Positions 48,970-59,849 of a stretch of 64,000 bases of DNA are shown here, one piece after another. How positions within the stretch are numbered: the stretch's first letter is position 1; each line of letters opens with the position of its first letter. The notes below the pieces were generated by a model, which saw only the letters and a list, made by a program, of their open reading frames with translations, made no database searches and was not told where the DNA came from. A program made the translations under genes and the position numbers. The DNA is from Alphaproteobacteria bacterium (GTDB lineage: Bacteria; Pseudomonadota; Alphaproteobacteria; MPNO01; UBA830): positions 5,472,001-5,536,000 of the forward strand of contig OZ251539.1 of NCBI GenBank assembly GCA_965243135.1, in the 5' to 3' direction.

Positions 48970-49503
48970 CGCAAGGCGACTCGGCGCCGCGCATGGCGCG
49001 CATGCAGGATGCGCCGAGCGTTGCGCTGATCGCGACTCCGACGTGAAGATCCGCGCTCGCCCGCTTCCGCCCTTTCTTGCGCACCCAGCCACCGCATGAG
49101 CCGGCGGCCCGACTCGTTCACCGCCAGTCTTTCGAAATCCCGGGGTGCGGGCGCGCCCGTCGACCGTCAGTCGCGGATGTCTTGCAAAATCCGCCCTGTC
49201 GCGCGGCCCGTCCCCAAAGCGCTCGCCTTTCGGCGCGCGAGTCCGGCCGCCGCGGCGAACTACCCCTGGAACTCAACGTAGAAGACAAGGGGCCTGCCCG
49301 ACGCCTTGTCGGCGACGGGACCGCAACAGGTGGCTTGCCCGGAAGCCGCTGCGCCGCGGCTTCGAGGCGCGGAATATCCGTGTCCTCCGCCGTTTCCCGG
49401 GCGGCGTCGACCGCCTCCCGGGTTTTCGGCTCCGAATTCTTTCGCTTCCGTCGGACCGCGAACTTTCGCTCGGTCCGCGCAAAACGAGGCCGGCCCGCCG
49501 CCG

Positions 49504-52500
49504 TCAGAAGCGCATCGCGAGACTGATTCCGCCGTCGAATTCGCCGTTGTCGATGCCGCGGGCGGCGTATCCGGCGGAGGCGCGCAGCGCGTAGCGGCCG
49601 TCCCCCCAGCTGCACGCGCCGCCGGCTCCGATGCGGAACCCTGTCTTCTCCGACTCGGTCGCGCTCAGCGGCGTCGATGCCACCTGCGCCCCCGAGATCC
49701 GCGCCGACCTCCTGTCCGAGAACTCGTGGGTGGCCTCCACCGAGCCGAACAGCCGGAATCCGTCCTCCATCTCGACGCGCAACCCGGCGCGGCCCACGAG
49801 GCTCCGCGCGTCCTCCACCGATACGGGGTGGCTGTCCACGTCCGTGAAGTTCAGAGACACGTCCGACCATGTCAGACCGACGCCGGGGGTCACGGTCAGA
49901 CCGTCGCCCATGTCCGTCCGCCGTCCGACCTCGACGCCGAGAGCGAGCCCCAGAGCCTTCGCGCCGTCCTTCCGAACCCTCTTCACCATCTCGCGCGCCA
50001 TGTTCTGCTGGTTGGCGGTCAGCTTGACGTCGTACCAGGTCGCCATCGCCTGCGCGTCCACGTGGAAGCCGCCGCCGAGGAACGCCGTGCCGTGCGTGCC
50101 CGCGCCGACCCCGGACAGTTCGACCTCGCCGCCGGACCCCGACATCTCCGCCGAGCCCTGCAACCCGCGCACCGACACGCCGAACCGCCCGTCGGTGCCC
50201 ACCGCGAAGTCCACCCCCGCCTGCACGCCGTACCGGCGGTAGTCGAAGGCAGCGTTCGGCTGCTGCGTCGCGTTCTTCGCCTTCCACTCGCCGCTCGCGC
50301 CGTCGATCCGCACCCAGCCGCCGTTGCCGTCCCGTGCCGCCGCCATGCGCTCCCCGTAGGTCGGCAGCCCGTTCATCGCCAGCAGCGCCGACGGCAGCGC
50401 TTGGTAGAGGCGGCAACTCTCGCCCATGCGGCTGCAATCGATGGGGAGGACGGGGCCGCCGTTGCCGGGGCCGTTGCCGGGGCCGCCGTTGCCGGGGCCG
50501 TTGCCGGGGCCGCCGTTGCCGGGGCCGTTGCCGGGGCCGTTGCCGGGGCCGCCGTTGCCGCCATTCCCTTCATCAGGACGGGCGCATTCGCGGTCCCGAA
50601 GTTCCTGCCCGGCGCCACAGCCCGACGGCAGGCCGTCGTACCTCGCATTGCCATCGGTGATCGGCTCGCCGCCGTCACCGAGATCCAAGGGCAGATACCT
50701 GCCGGTGGTGAAATCCCCGGCGGTCTCGACGACGGCGTAGGTTACCTGGCGTCTGGGTGCGTCTGGGTCGTTCGGGTCGGGCCTGCCGACGGTTGTCCCG
50801 CCGTCGGCGACGACGATGCCGCCCCGCACCCTTGCGATGGCGTCAAGGACGCCTTTCCTGGTCAGCGCAGTACCGGCGGCGTAGACGGCCACCTCGTACA
50901 TCCCCCCGCTGGCCTTGAGCCACGAGGCCGCCCCGTTCGCGTTTATGCTGCCCGTCGAAGTGACGGTGACGTTGCCGCCGCCGTCGAGATCGACCGCCGC
51001 GTCCGCGCCGGCGCTGCCCGTCACCGTGCCGTCGATGCGGATCACCGACCGCCCAGGGTCGTTGACCAGGATCGCGGGCCGTCCGGCGCCGGCGAACACC
51101 ATGCCCGTCGCGCCGACCGTCAGCGTACCGCCGCCCACGAGATGCACGGCCGCGTCCGTCCCGCCCCTCACCGTGCCGTTCACCTCGACGGTCTGCTTCA
51201 GGATGCGGTCGCTGCCCGCGCCCGTGCTGCCCGCATTGGCGACGTAGATGCCTGCCCTGGTGCCGGTCACGCTCGCGTCTTCGGCCACGGTGACCTCGAT
51301 GGCGCCGTTGTTGTCGTTGGGCGTCGCGTAGTAGGCGCGGATGCCGTCGCCCCGCGAGGCGGCGATGGAACCGCTGCGCACGTTGACGCGGATGTCGCCG
51401 ACATTGTAGCGGTCGAGCAGCGCCTTCACCAGGCTCCAGTAGTCGCCGTCGTCCGTGGTGTCGTCCGTGAAGCCCGCGGCGGTGAGCGCGGCGTCCACGC
51501 CGTCGTTCGTCGCCACCGCCCGCAGGATCGCCTTCTCCCCGTCCGTGAGGCCCTGCGCCAGGACGTTCCGCAGCAGGGTTCTGCGGCCGGCGTTGTCCAC
51601 GCGCAGGAAGGTCACGATCTGGGCGTCGGTCAGGTCGCTGGCCGCGGTGGTGGCGGTGGTGCCGATGGCGGTGAGGAGCGCCGGCGCGACCGCGATCTCG
51701 TCATTCTCCAGCGCCGCCCGGAACTGGGCGACGTAGGCGTTGTCGGCGACGGTGGCGCCGGTGGGCACGGCCGTCGTCTGCGCCGCGGCGTTCGCGAACG
51801 CGCCCGGGTCGTCGCCCTTCGCCACCACCTCCACCACGTCGCGCCACGATATGGCGTAGGCCTCGATGCCGGCCGGGCCGCCATAGACGCCGCCGCTGCC
51901 CTTGCTGCCCTCCGCCTCCCGGTCGAAGGTCAGCACCTGCCCGGCGCCCGCATTCCCCGCGCCCGCCGTCGCAAAGCGGCCATCGTCGTTGGCCGCGGTC
52001 CCGGTCGTTCCGCGCGCGGTCGCCCCGGACGAGGCGGTGCTGCCCCAGGCGATGTCGATCAGCGGCTGAGGGGCCGACGACGCGCGCGGCGTCACCGTCG
52101 CGGCGGTGGCGCTGGACGCCACCTGGACGACGATGCCCGACCGCCCCGCCGAAAGCGCGCCGGCGGAATGGGTGACGGAGACGGCGCCGGTGGTCGCGGG
52201 CGTCAGGAGCCTGTCGATCCAGATGGCGTTCACCCCCGCCGTGATGGCGCCGCTGTTGTCGATCGTGACGTCGCCCGTCCCGTCGGGCCGCTGGATGCGG
52301 ATGCCGTCCCCTTCCTCCGACGCGATGGTGCCGCTGTTGGTGAGCTCGAAGTCGTCCGCCACGTTCCCTGTCGTCGTCGCGGGCCTGTAGGCGTAGAGGG
52401 CGTGGTTCTTCGAACGCAGGGCGCCTTCGTTGACGATGGTGACGTCGCCGCTGTTGGCGGCGTAGGTTCTTCCGTCGCCGAAGGTGACGCCCTCCGCCAG

Positions 52501-53628
52501 ATAGATGGCGTGTCCCAGGTGTTGCGCCGCGTCGCTCGTCACCGTGACGGCGCCGCGGTTCGTGAGTTCGATATCGCCGCCGGAGAGCTTCTTGAGCCGG
52601 ATGCCGAACTCGGACGCGGTGATGGCGCCGGAGTTCGTGAGGGTGACCGCCCGGGCGCTCTGGTTGTCCCAGTACTCGAAGTCGAACTGGATGCCCCGCC
52701 TGACCGTCTGCCCCGCCACCGCGGCGATGTCGCCGCTGTTGTCGAGGCTCATGGCGCCGGCGCCCCAGTTTTGCATCAGGATGCCGACGTAGGGGCCGCC
52801 CAGCGTGATGTCGCCGCTGTTGGTGACGGTCATCGCGCTGGTGAGTTGGCTCCCGCCAATGAACGCGAGGATGCCGTGCGGCAGGTTGTCGCGGTATTGA
52901 TCGTAGTTGGCGGAGGTGGCGGAGGGGTTGCCGACGCCCGAGTGGATGTCGCCGCTGTTGGTGATGGTGGTCGCGTCGTTGGTGCCCCCGCTCGTCCGGA
53001 CAACCCGGATGCCCTGCTTGAAGGCGTAGATGGTCGCCGCGCTGGTGAGGGTGCCGCCGCCGGCGCCTTCGCCAAAGTTGGTACTATGGGCGCGCAGGTA
53101 GAAGAAGATGCCGTGCTGCTTCATCGGGGTGGTCGAACTCCCGATGGTCACCCCGGATCTCACCTCCACCGTCGCCGGCGAGCCGATGCTGTACTGTCGC
53201 ACGTAGATGCCGTTGTTCTGGTTGGCGTCGGTCCCCGAGTTCGTCCCCTGGACGATGTTCACGACGTGGTCGGTCCCGCCCGTCGCGCCCCCGACGTAGA
53301 CCGCCAGGCCCGACACTGAGCTGCTGCGCAGGGCGATGCCGACCTCCTGCGAGCCGGTCGTGATCGTGGTCGGCCCGGTGCTGCGGCCCGGGACGCGGAC
53401 CGTGGAGCCGGAGTTGAGATTGATGGTCGAGGAGATGTAGCGGATACCGTTGTTATACGCCGCGTTCGAGCAGGTGAGGGTGGGCAAATTTATCGCCCCG
53501 CATTCGGTCTCCGCCCGCGCCTCGTCCGGCGCCAGCAGCAGCGCCGCCGCGAGCAGCGCGGCGCCCAGCGCGCCGGAAACGGGCATGGCCGGCTTCCCGC
53601 CCGCCGCTTCCGGGAGGCGGGCCTTCAT
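49504..53628 (-). CDS. autotransporter (type Va) with beta-helical passenger
   Basis: Signal peptide, repeated (T/V)xNSG(D/A)I strands, GNGP linker, C-terminal beta-barrel ending in F. Confidence 0.9.
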   Translation of the reverse strand: MKARLPEAAGGKPAMPVSGALGAALLAAALLLAPDEARAETECGAINLPTLTCSNAAYNNGIRYISSTINLNSGSTVRVPGRSTGPTTITTGSQEVGIALRSSSVSGLAVYVGGATGGTDHVVNIVQGTNSGTDANQNNGIYVRQYSIGSPATVEVRSGVTIGSSTTPMKQHGIFFYLRAHSTNFGEGAGGGTLTSAATIYAFKQGIRVVRTSGGTNDATTITNSGDIHSGVGNPSATSANYDQYRDNLPHGILAFIGGSQLTSAMTVTNSGDITLGGPYVGILMQNWGAGAMSLDNSGDIAAVAGQTVRRGIQFDFEYWDNQSARAVTLTNSGAITASEFGIRLKKLSGGDIELTNRGAVTVTSDAAQHLGHAIYLAEGVTFGDGRTYAANSGDVTIVNEGALRSKNHALYAYRPATTTGNVADDFELTNSGTIASEEGDGIRIQRPDGTGDVTIDNSGAITAGVNAIWIDRLLTPATTGAVSVTHSAGALSAGRSGIVVQVASSATAATVTPRASSAPQPLIDIAWGSTASSGATARGTTGTAANDDGRFATAGAGNAGAGQVLTFDREAEGSKGSGGVYGGPAGIEAYAISWRDVVEVVAKGDDPGAFANAAAQTTAVPTGATVADNAYVAQFRAALENDEIAVAPALLTAIGTTATTAASDLTDAQIVTFLRVDNAGRRTLLRNVLAQGLTDGEKAILRAVATNDGVDAALTAAGFTDDTTDDGDYWSLVKALLDRYNVGDIRVNVRSGSIAASRGDGIRAYYATPNDNNGAIEVTVAEDASVTGTRAGIYVANAGSTGAGSDRILKQTVEVNGTVRGGTDAAVHLVGGGTLTVGATGMVFAGAGRPAILVNDPGRSVIRIDGTVTGSAGADAAVDLDGGGNVTVTSTGSINANGAASWLKASGGMYEVAVYAAGTALTRKGVLDAIARVRGGIVVADGGTTVGRPDPNDPDAPRRQVTYAVVETAGDFTTGRYLPLDLGDGGEPITDGNARYDGLPSGCGAGQELRDRECARPDEGNGGNGGPGNGPGNGPGNGGPGNGPGNGGPGNGPGNGGPVLPIDCSRMGESCRLYQALPSALLAMNGLPTYGERMAAARDGNGGWVRIDGASGEWKAKNATQQPNAAFDYRRYGVQAGVDFAVGTDGRFGVSVRGLQGSAEMSGSGGEVELSGVGAGTHGTAFLGGGFHVDAQAMATWYDVKLTANQQNMAREMVKRVRKDGAKALGLALGVEVGRRTDMGDGLTVTPGVGLTWSDVSLNFTDVDSHPVSVEDARSLVGRAGLRVEMEDGFRLFGSVEATHEFSDRRSARISGAQVASTPLSATESEKTGFRIGAGGACSWGDGRYALRASAGYAARGIDNGEFDGGISLAMRF
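50455..50565 (-). repeat. tandem 12/15-bp repeat encoding a GNGP/GNGGP linker
   Basis: (gccgttgccggg)n units with gcc variants. Confidence 0.9.
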
Positions 53629-53651
53629 TCCGGGACACCCATGCGCGCAGC

Positions 53652-53663
53652 GGGGGGGGGGGG
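53652..53663 (-). promoter_or_regulatory. C12 tract between a CATAAT -10-like box and the autotransporter start
   Basis: The minus strand reads gCATAAT-C12-...-ATG(53628). Confidence 0.5.
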
Positions 53664-54708
53664 ATTATGCGGTCAGTGCTTCCGGCCATTCTCGAAACCC
53701 TCTTCTCTCGTCAAGGTCATGCTCGTATGCATAAACGTAATCCGTGAACGACGCAAGCTTCTTGCACGGCGGTTTTATTCTCCCCAAGAAAATTGATGGA
53801 GCCGTGGCTGCATGGTCCTCAACGCAGCTCGACCGGGACCGTCCGTCGCCGGCCAGCACCAAAGGTGACCGCCGCGCCGCGGGCGTGCTTGCCGATGCGC
53901 TGCGGACCGGCCTATTCAGGCGACTCGGCGCAGCCGAAAGCGATTGAACTCAGGGAGCGAATCGCCGAGGATCTGACGCGGCTTCGGTTGGCGAATCGCA
54001 AGCAGTTGTGGCGCACGCAGTTTCTCAAGCTGACCGGCGACCCCTTCAGGGAGCGGATCCGCGACTTGTGGAAACTCGCGCCGACCCCCGGCCCGGGCCT
54101 GCCGCGGAAGACCGTCGAGCGCCTCTTCAAGCGCCATCGCAGGCGGTCAGCCAGCGAGGTCACAGTGGCAATCGCGCGAGCGAGCGATCCCCCCTTGCGG
54201 TGGGAACGAGCCGCTGTCGAGAACGGCGGCGAGCGGATGCCGATGACGCGGCGGCAGCTGGTCAATCGCGAGCGGTTGATCTGCCGATATGGAAGAACCC
54301 GGCTCGGGGACGGCAGGGCAGTGTGTCGTCCTGTCCTCGCCTCCAAGGGTTGGCAGAATTGTCGTCGCCATGCCGCTTGCAGAAGCTCTCTTGCGCCGCA
54401 GAGACGCCTTGCGCTGTGTCGGCCGGTCACGCGCCGGTCAGGCAGAAGCGTCTTCGTCCGTCTCGCCAAGCGCTTCCGTATCGCTGGACCCGCACCTCCG
54501 TGCAACATGATCGATCAGCAAGTACGCTGCGCTCCGTGCCCGCGGATGCGAGCACGCCCGGGTACTCCGCAGCGTCGCCGTCCGCCTCTCCCGATCAAGG
54601 ATGTACAGTTGAACTCCTGCCAGGAGGCGGAGTCTCAACACCGTCACCCCATGACCGAACGCTCACGCGGGAATTGCTGTTACGATACCTCATACTGGGA
54701 GACGAGAA

Positions 54709-55503
54709 ATGAAATCGAGAATTCCGGTGGCGGCGATGCGTCACGCTGGCACACGCCTGAAGGTTTCGACCGAAGATGGATTTCGGAACGAAATTCGTTC
54801 TTGGAACGGAGAATCGGACGGTCTTTTTTGGTCGGACGGCCCTGTTTTGGACGCAGAATTGGACGGTCTTGCCAAGCTGAAGGCATGGGCTGGACGCGGA
54901 TTGACGCCCCTGCATTTGGCAGCAGCGTTCGGCGACTTCTCCGTGCCGCTTCCGCAGCAAGATAATAATCTTGTTTACTTGGACGAAGGCTATTACCAGC
55001 CCCCTGGCTCGTCCTCTCCTTGGTTCACGGAGGAAGTGCTTTCCATCAAGGCGATGGCGACGGCCCGGACTGAACGCGGATGGACGCCCTTGCATTTCGC
55101 GGCGATGTTCAGGGAGGATAACTTCAGCTTGACATGGCGCTGCCTAAATCATGCGATGGCGACGGCCCGGACCGAACGCGGATGGACACCCCTGCATTTC
55201 GCGGCCGAATACAACAAGCACCCTTCCACGGTGGAAATACTGCTTGATCCGTTGGGTGATACTAGGCCGCGCAGGCATCGCAGGAGGCTTCTGAATGCCC
55301 GGGATGAAGACGGATCGACGCCTCTGCATTTGGCGGCAGCATTCAGCGAGACCCCTTCTGTGGTTGAGAAGCTGTTGGAGGCGGGGGCGAACCCTAAAGC
55401 GAAGAACGCAAAAGGCAGGATCCCCTGGGATCTGATCTCCGACGATTCTCCCCTCAAGGGAACGGATGTCTATTGGTGGCTCCGCGAAGGGCGCTTCGAA
55501 TAA
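54709..55503 (+). CDS. degenerate ankyrin-repeat protein (4 TPLH motifs) with the same C-cap
   Basis: GLTPLH, two GWTPLH, GSTPLH; ends KGTDVYWWLREGRFE. Confidence 0.8.
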   Translation: MKSRIPVAAMRHAGTRLKVSTEDGFRNEIRSWNGESDGLFWSDGPVLDAELDGLAKLKAWAGRGLTPLHLAAAFGDFSVPLPQQDNNLVYLDEGYYQPPGSSSPWFTEEVLSIKAMATARTERGWTPLHFAAMFREDNFSLTWRCLNHAMATARTERGWTPLHFAAEYNKHPSTVEILLDPLGDTRPRRHRRRLLNARDEDGSTPLHLAAAFSETPSVVEKLLEAGANPKAKNAKGRIPWDLISDDSPLKGTDVYWWLREGRFE

Positions 55504-55699
55504 CGATCCGATCATCCTGCGGCGGACAGGTTCTGGAAAGAGTTGTAACAAACCCGGCGATTCCCGCTAAGGCCTGAAACTACAGAACGAAGGATACGGC
55601 AAAGAGCTCACATAGCGGGCAGCCCATGGTGCTGAAGGAGACGTTGCGGTCCTTTGGGCCGACAATCGTGCAGCGACCGACCGTTCGTCGGCTCCGATT

Positions 55700-56510
55700 G
55701 TTTAACTTGTTGCCGGCCAGTGGACATGCAGGCCGTCCGTCGCAGGCTCTCGTCGCCGCGGCGGTCGTACCGTGCTGCGGTGTGCGGGCTGGCGTGTCCG
55801 GCGAGACGCTGGACGATCGCGAGATCGGCGTCGGCCTTGAGCAGGTCGCTGACGAACGTCCGGCGCAGGTCGTGCGGATTGCAGGGCGCGATGTTCGCTT
55901 GCTTGGACCGCCGTTTCAGCCGCGTCATGACGGCTTGCGGCGTCATGGTCCGCATGGTTACGCCTCCAGCCTTGTTGACCGGGCAAAGCAGTGGTCCCGG
56001 GGCGGAGCCGCGAACGGCGGTCCCGGCATCGACCGTGCGTCTCGCTCCCGCGCAGGCGAATACGGTGCGCTCCCTGTTCCCCTTGCCGAGCACGATGATC
56101 GCGCCGGTGCTCCGACCATAGTCGGCAAGTCGAAGGCAGCCTGCTTCCCTTCACGCGGGAGATGTCGACGGCTCGCATGTAGTCTTCGGTGCCGATCTGT
56201 CCGATGCGCCAGGCTGGCCTTCGGAACGCCCCGCAGCGCGGACAGGTACCTGGTGGCGGCGGCGGGAGCTAAGCCGGGCGGCCGCTGCCGAGCGCACGGC
56301 GGCCATGTGCTGGAACCGGAATTCATGCCATGGGACGGTGGCCGCGTCTGGAAAGCCCGCGAGCGCGGCGACCCGGTCGAGAGTGTAGCGCATGCTGTCG
56401 CGGCCGGGCCCGGCGGCGAGGCCGGCGAGGTAGACGGCGGCCGGATTCTCGTCCGCCTTCGCGGCCGGATCCCCGGTGAGGGCCGGGAACGGACAATCCG
56501 CGGAAGGTTT
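55700..56510 (-). pseudogene. tyrosine recombinase pseudogene
   Basis: NPAAVYLAGL, GKGNRER, NPHDLRRTF, GHASPHTAARY; frameshifts. Confidence 0.9.
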
Positions 56511-56611
56511 TTCACGCTGACGGGGCATTGCCGAGGTGGGATGAAATATCGGGCGATAGCTGCTGTGGAGCGAGAACACAGTCTTGATCAAGGAGAAAAG
56601 CGTGCGGCGAC

Positions 56612-57421
56612 TCAGGTCAACAGCGCCCGAATTACCTTCACATAAATACTTCCAGGCCCGTTACATTTGATCGTATTTCTGCCATCGGCACCGAAGGAAG
56701 ATTGCCAGAACGCGACGCCGAACAAGAATGGCGATCCAACTGGTAGCGGTGCGGTCAATTTTTTGCTCATTGGAAAAATCCAGAGTCCGCCGCCGCTGAG
56801 TCCGGCAAAACTTTCTGGTCCATCATATAAGGGATTTTTCTCCGCTACGAAATCCACGTAGTCAAATTCCTCTTCGAGATACTTTCTTCTTATGCTCCCG
56901 ACGCAGCCCATTATTTCAATATCTTGTTTCTCCTGTCCGTCAATAATCTCCGGCTCCCATTCTGCAGGTACGCCTAGTAGTAGAGCGAGGCGAAAATAAT
57001 CTTGCGATGGATCAAAGGAATTGCGGCGGGATTCAAGATTGTAGAAATTTATGGAGGATGACAATCCGGTATCGGGTTTGGGCAGAACAAGGAGGCCAAG
57101 ATCAGGGCCGTTCATTTCATCGTCTCCTCTCCCGACCCTCCTCTTCTCGCAATATTCCATCTGGATTACAGGAGCGGGTGCCTTTAATCCAAACCGCTCA
57201 AGGTAACTCAGCCCGACAGGTCCCCTGTCCGGCAAGGCATCCAGGACATGATCAGCAGTGAGTATCGCTTTCGTAGTCCCCGCCGACACAAACGTGCCGG
57301 AGCCGGAGCGTTGCCATCGACCCTGCCTGTCTTGACTAAAGAACCCGATTGCATATTGTGCCGTTTCGTCGGAGACAAGATTGGCGCATAGGGCATTTTT
57401 CAAAGTCATGAAGTTTGCCAT
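56612..57421 (-). CDS. trypsin-like serine protease
   Basis: GSGTFV, LTADHV (His), PDLGL (Asp), GLSGGG (Ser); AGGAG RBS; lower GC. Confidence 0.8.
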   Translation of the reverse strand: MANFMTLKNALCANLVSDETAQYAIGFFSQDRQGRWQRSGSGTFVSAGTTKAILTADHVLDALPDRGPVGLSYLERFGLKAPAPVIQMEYCEKRRVGRGDDEMNGPDLGLLVLPKPDTGLSSSINFYNLESRRNSFDPSQDYFRLALLLGVPAEWEPEIIDGQEKQDIEIMGCVGSIRRKYLEEEFDYVDFVAEKNPLYDGPESFAGLSGGGLWIFPMSKKLTAPLPVGSPFLFGVAFWQSSFGADGRNTIKCNGPGSIYVKVIRALLT

Positions 57422-57944
57422 GGAACGCTTCTCCTGAACGATGAACGCGTCGCATGCGTCCGTGTTGAGGCAGGACGGGTGGACCGGCGGGATAACGATG
57501 CTGTACTGGGGCCAGAACGCATTCGTCGTCCTGCCTCGGAGGGTAAGTGCTGAATCCAACAGTGCCGCCGACTTCGAAGGTTAAGTTATATAGGTGCCCA
57601 TATCAAGACTACCGCGTCATTCTGGTGGTTGCCGACAGGTCTTGGGACTCGCGCTGGCGGCCAGAGAATCCGGCGTAGGGCCAGCATTGCCGTCGGGCGG
57701 CATGAGCAGCGATCCTGAGATGCGCGGACGCTTCCGTGCGGTGCCGTCGAAAACTCGCTAGTTCCTCGGTTTGTTTTCTTGACAGAGAACTACCGCCGCG
57801 CAATATCAAGACAGCCATGGTGGTTCGCAAACCGGAAGACACCCTCCCTCGGCGCTTGTCTGGCAAGCTCGCGAGGGGATCCTCAAATATTTTGATTAAA
57901 ATCCGCAGAAAATCTGTGCATATCCCTGCACAGCCACACGAACA

Positions 57945-58115
57945 TGTCGGTAACGAAGGTTCTGCCCAAGTCGTGAGAGCTACAGGAAGCGATGCCCGCC
58001 TGTTCGCGTCGATGCTTCAGCTGCGAGGGGTGTTCGCCTCCAGTCGGGCTACGTCCTTCTTGCGGTGATCGTCCCAAAGGCCCGGCACCTTGACTCACCG
58101 GACAACCCGACCCCA
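57945..58115 (-). pseudogene. short tyrosine recombinase fragment
   Basis: LKHRREQAGIASCSSHDLGRTFVTD. Confidence 0.75.
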
Positions 58116-58410
58116 TACTGCCCTCACGACGGAGATTGCCGACCGCCTGTGCTCACTTGGGAGTTGATTTGGGGGGGTGTAAATCTGGCATGGTAAAACC
58201 TAAAGCCCGTAATGCGTTGATTCTGAAAGATTTATATGACCAGGGCCAAGGGCCTTATCGTCGGAATCATCATTTTCGTGACAATGAGCCGACCCAGGCG
58301 GGAATTTTGTCACGGGCAGCGGGTCGGGGGGGGGGCAAAAAAGGGAATGCTCCAGACCGCAAAATGCGGTAGAATGTTGTCATTGAAACCCCAACATCAG
58401 GAGCATTCCC

Positions 58411-59726
58411 ATGTCAGTCTCGCAGTCTTCCTTGTCCATTGATTTTTCCGGTCTGCCTGCCGCGACCGTCGAGGCGTTCCGGTCAGCCGCAGCGTTCATT
58501 CGCGAGCGGATCAGTCAGCAGGACCAAGGTTCCGAGGCGTTCGCCGGCTTCGAGGCCGAGTTGATGGAGAAGGCCTTTGCGGTCTGCCGCACTGCGCTGT
58601 GCGATTACATTGAGGCAAGGGACGAGAGGGACGGCCCGTCGCGGAGGGACGGTCAAGTCTGTTACAGGATGCCGCCGACGCGGAAAACCATCAATACATT
58701 GTTTGGTCAGGTAACGTTCTCCCGCTCGCGCTACCGCATGTTCCCGGGAACCGTTGTGCCCGTCGATGACAGCCTGGGGTTGATCGACGGTTATTTAACG
58801 ATTCCAGCGGCTTACCGTGCTCTCCTGGTTGTCGACCACTGCACGCCGAGGGACGCGGCGGAACTCTTTCGAAAGCTGGGCGGCATGAATCCGTCGGCGA
58901 GCCACCTCCAGCGTCTCTCCGCGACGGCGGGCAAACTCTGGAAAGAAAAGGGTGAGGCGGCTTTGGACGAGATTCGCAAGGCAACGCAGGCGGAAGCGGT
59001 TTCGTTCGCTGTCTCACTCGATGGCGTCATGGTTGCGATGCAGCCAGACGAAGAGCGCAAGGAAGCGTGCTGGCGCGAGGCGTCGCACGATCAGTTTCCA
59101 TGATGGTAACCGTACGTTGTATTTTGCACAGATGCCGGAGGCTGGCAAGGTCACACTGAAGTCGCAGCTCAGAAGTCGCTACGGGAAACGCGGCCCGACC
59201 TCCGACTCGTTGCCGTTGCCGATGCTGCCGTCGACAATTGGACATTTCTCGAAGGCGCCTGACGAGCAGGCCGTCGATTTTTTTCATGCATGCGAGCATC
59301 TCGGTGTTGTTGCCGACCATGCGGTCGCGGCCGGCTGGTACGAAAAATACCGCAAGGTCCTGCTTGACGACGCCAAAGGCGTGGACAAGGTCGGCGATCC
59401 GCCATCTTCGAGACAGAGCGACGACAGCGACGGCGCTCAAGGATCTTGAACGCGAACTGAGGTTTTTCCAGAAGCACCGGCGTCGCATGCGCTATGCGGT
59501 CCTGAAGGCCGGAGGCTACGCTATTGGGTCAGGCGTGGTTGAGGCAGCCAACAAAGTGCTGGTCGCTCAACGCATGAAGCGGGCCGGCATGCGTTGGAGC
59601 GTTGAAGGCGGTCAAAACATCCTTACCTTCAGAGCGCTGCCCGGCCGTTTCGAACAAGCATGGGAAGCGATGGTCGGGGCCTGGGCCGCGAACGACAACC
59701 AGGGGAGAAGCGTCATCGCAGCTTAG
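58411..59726 (+). mobile_element. ISKra4-family transposase, frameshifted
   Basis: TLFGQV...RSRY, SLDGVMV, VDFFHACEHL, IGSGVVEAANK...RMKRAGMRW, spread over several frames. Confidence 0.85.
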
Positions 59727-59849
59727 GCACTGAAGGATATTTTTTCCATACGAGATTCACACCCTTTGGGGGAGAACGATAGCTATCGTTGCAAGCAAGC
59801 GGTGTAAGGTACAGGATGACATTGAACAGAAATACATGGAGGAAATGAA

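Noticed and set aside
49306-53319. 1337-aa plus-strand ORF
   Set aside because: Antisense shadow of the autotransporter in high-GC DNA; no domain motifs.
53740-54600. Possible decayed gene or IS remnant
   Set aside because: I could not assign any motif.
58170-58335. G8 and G10 tracts
   Set aside because: They lie upstream of a broken transposase with no evident regulated gene.
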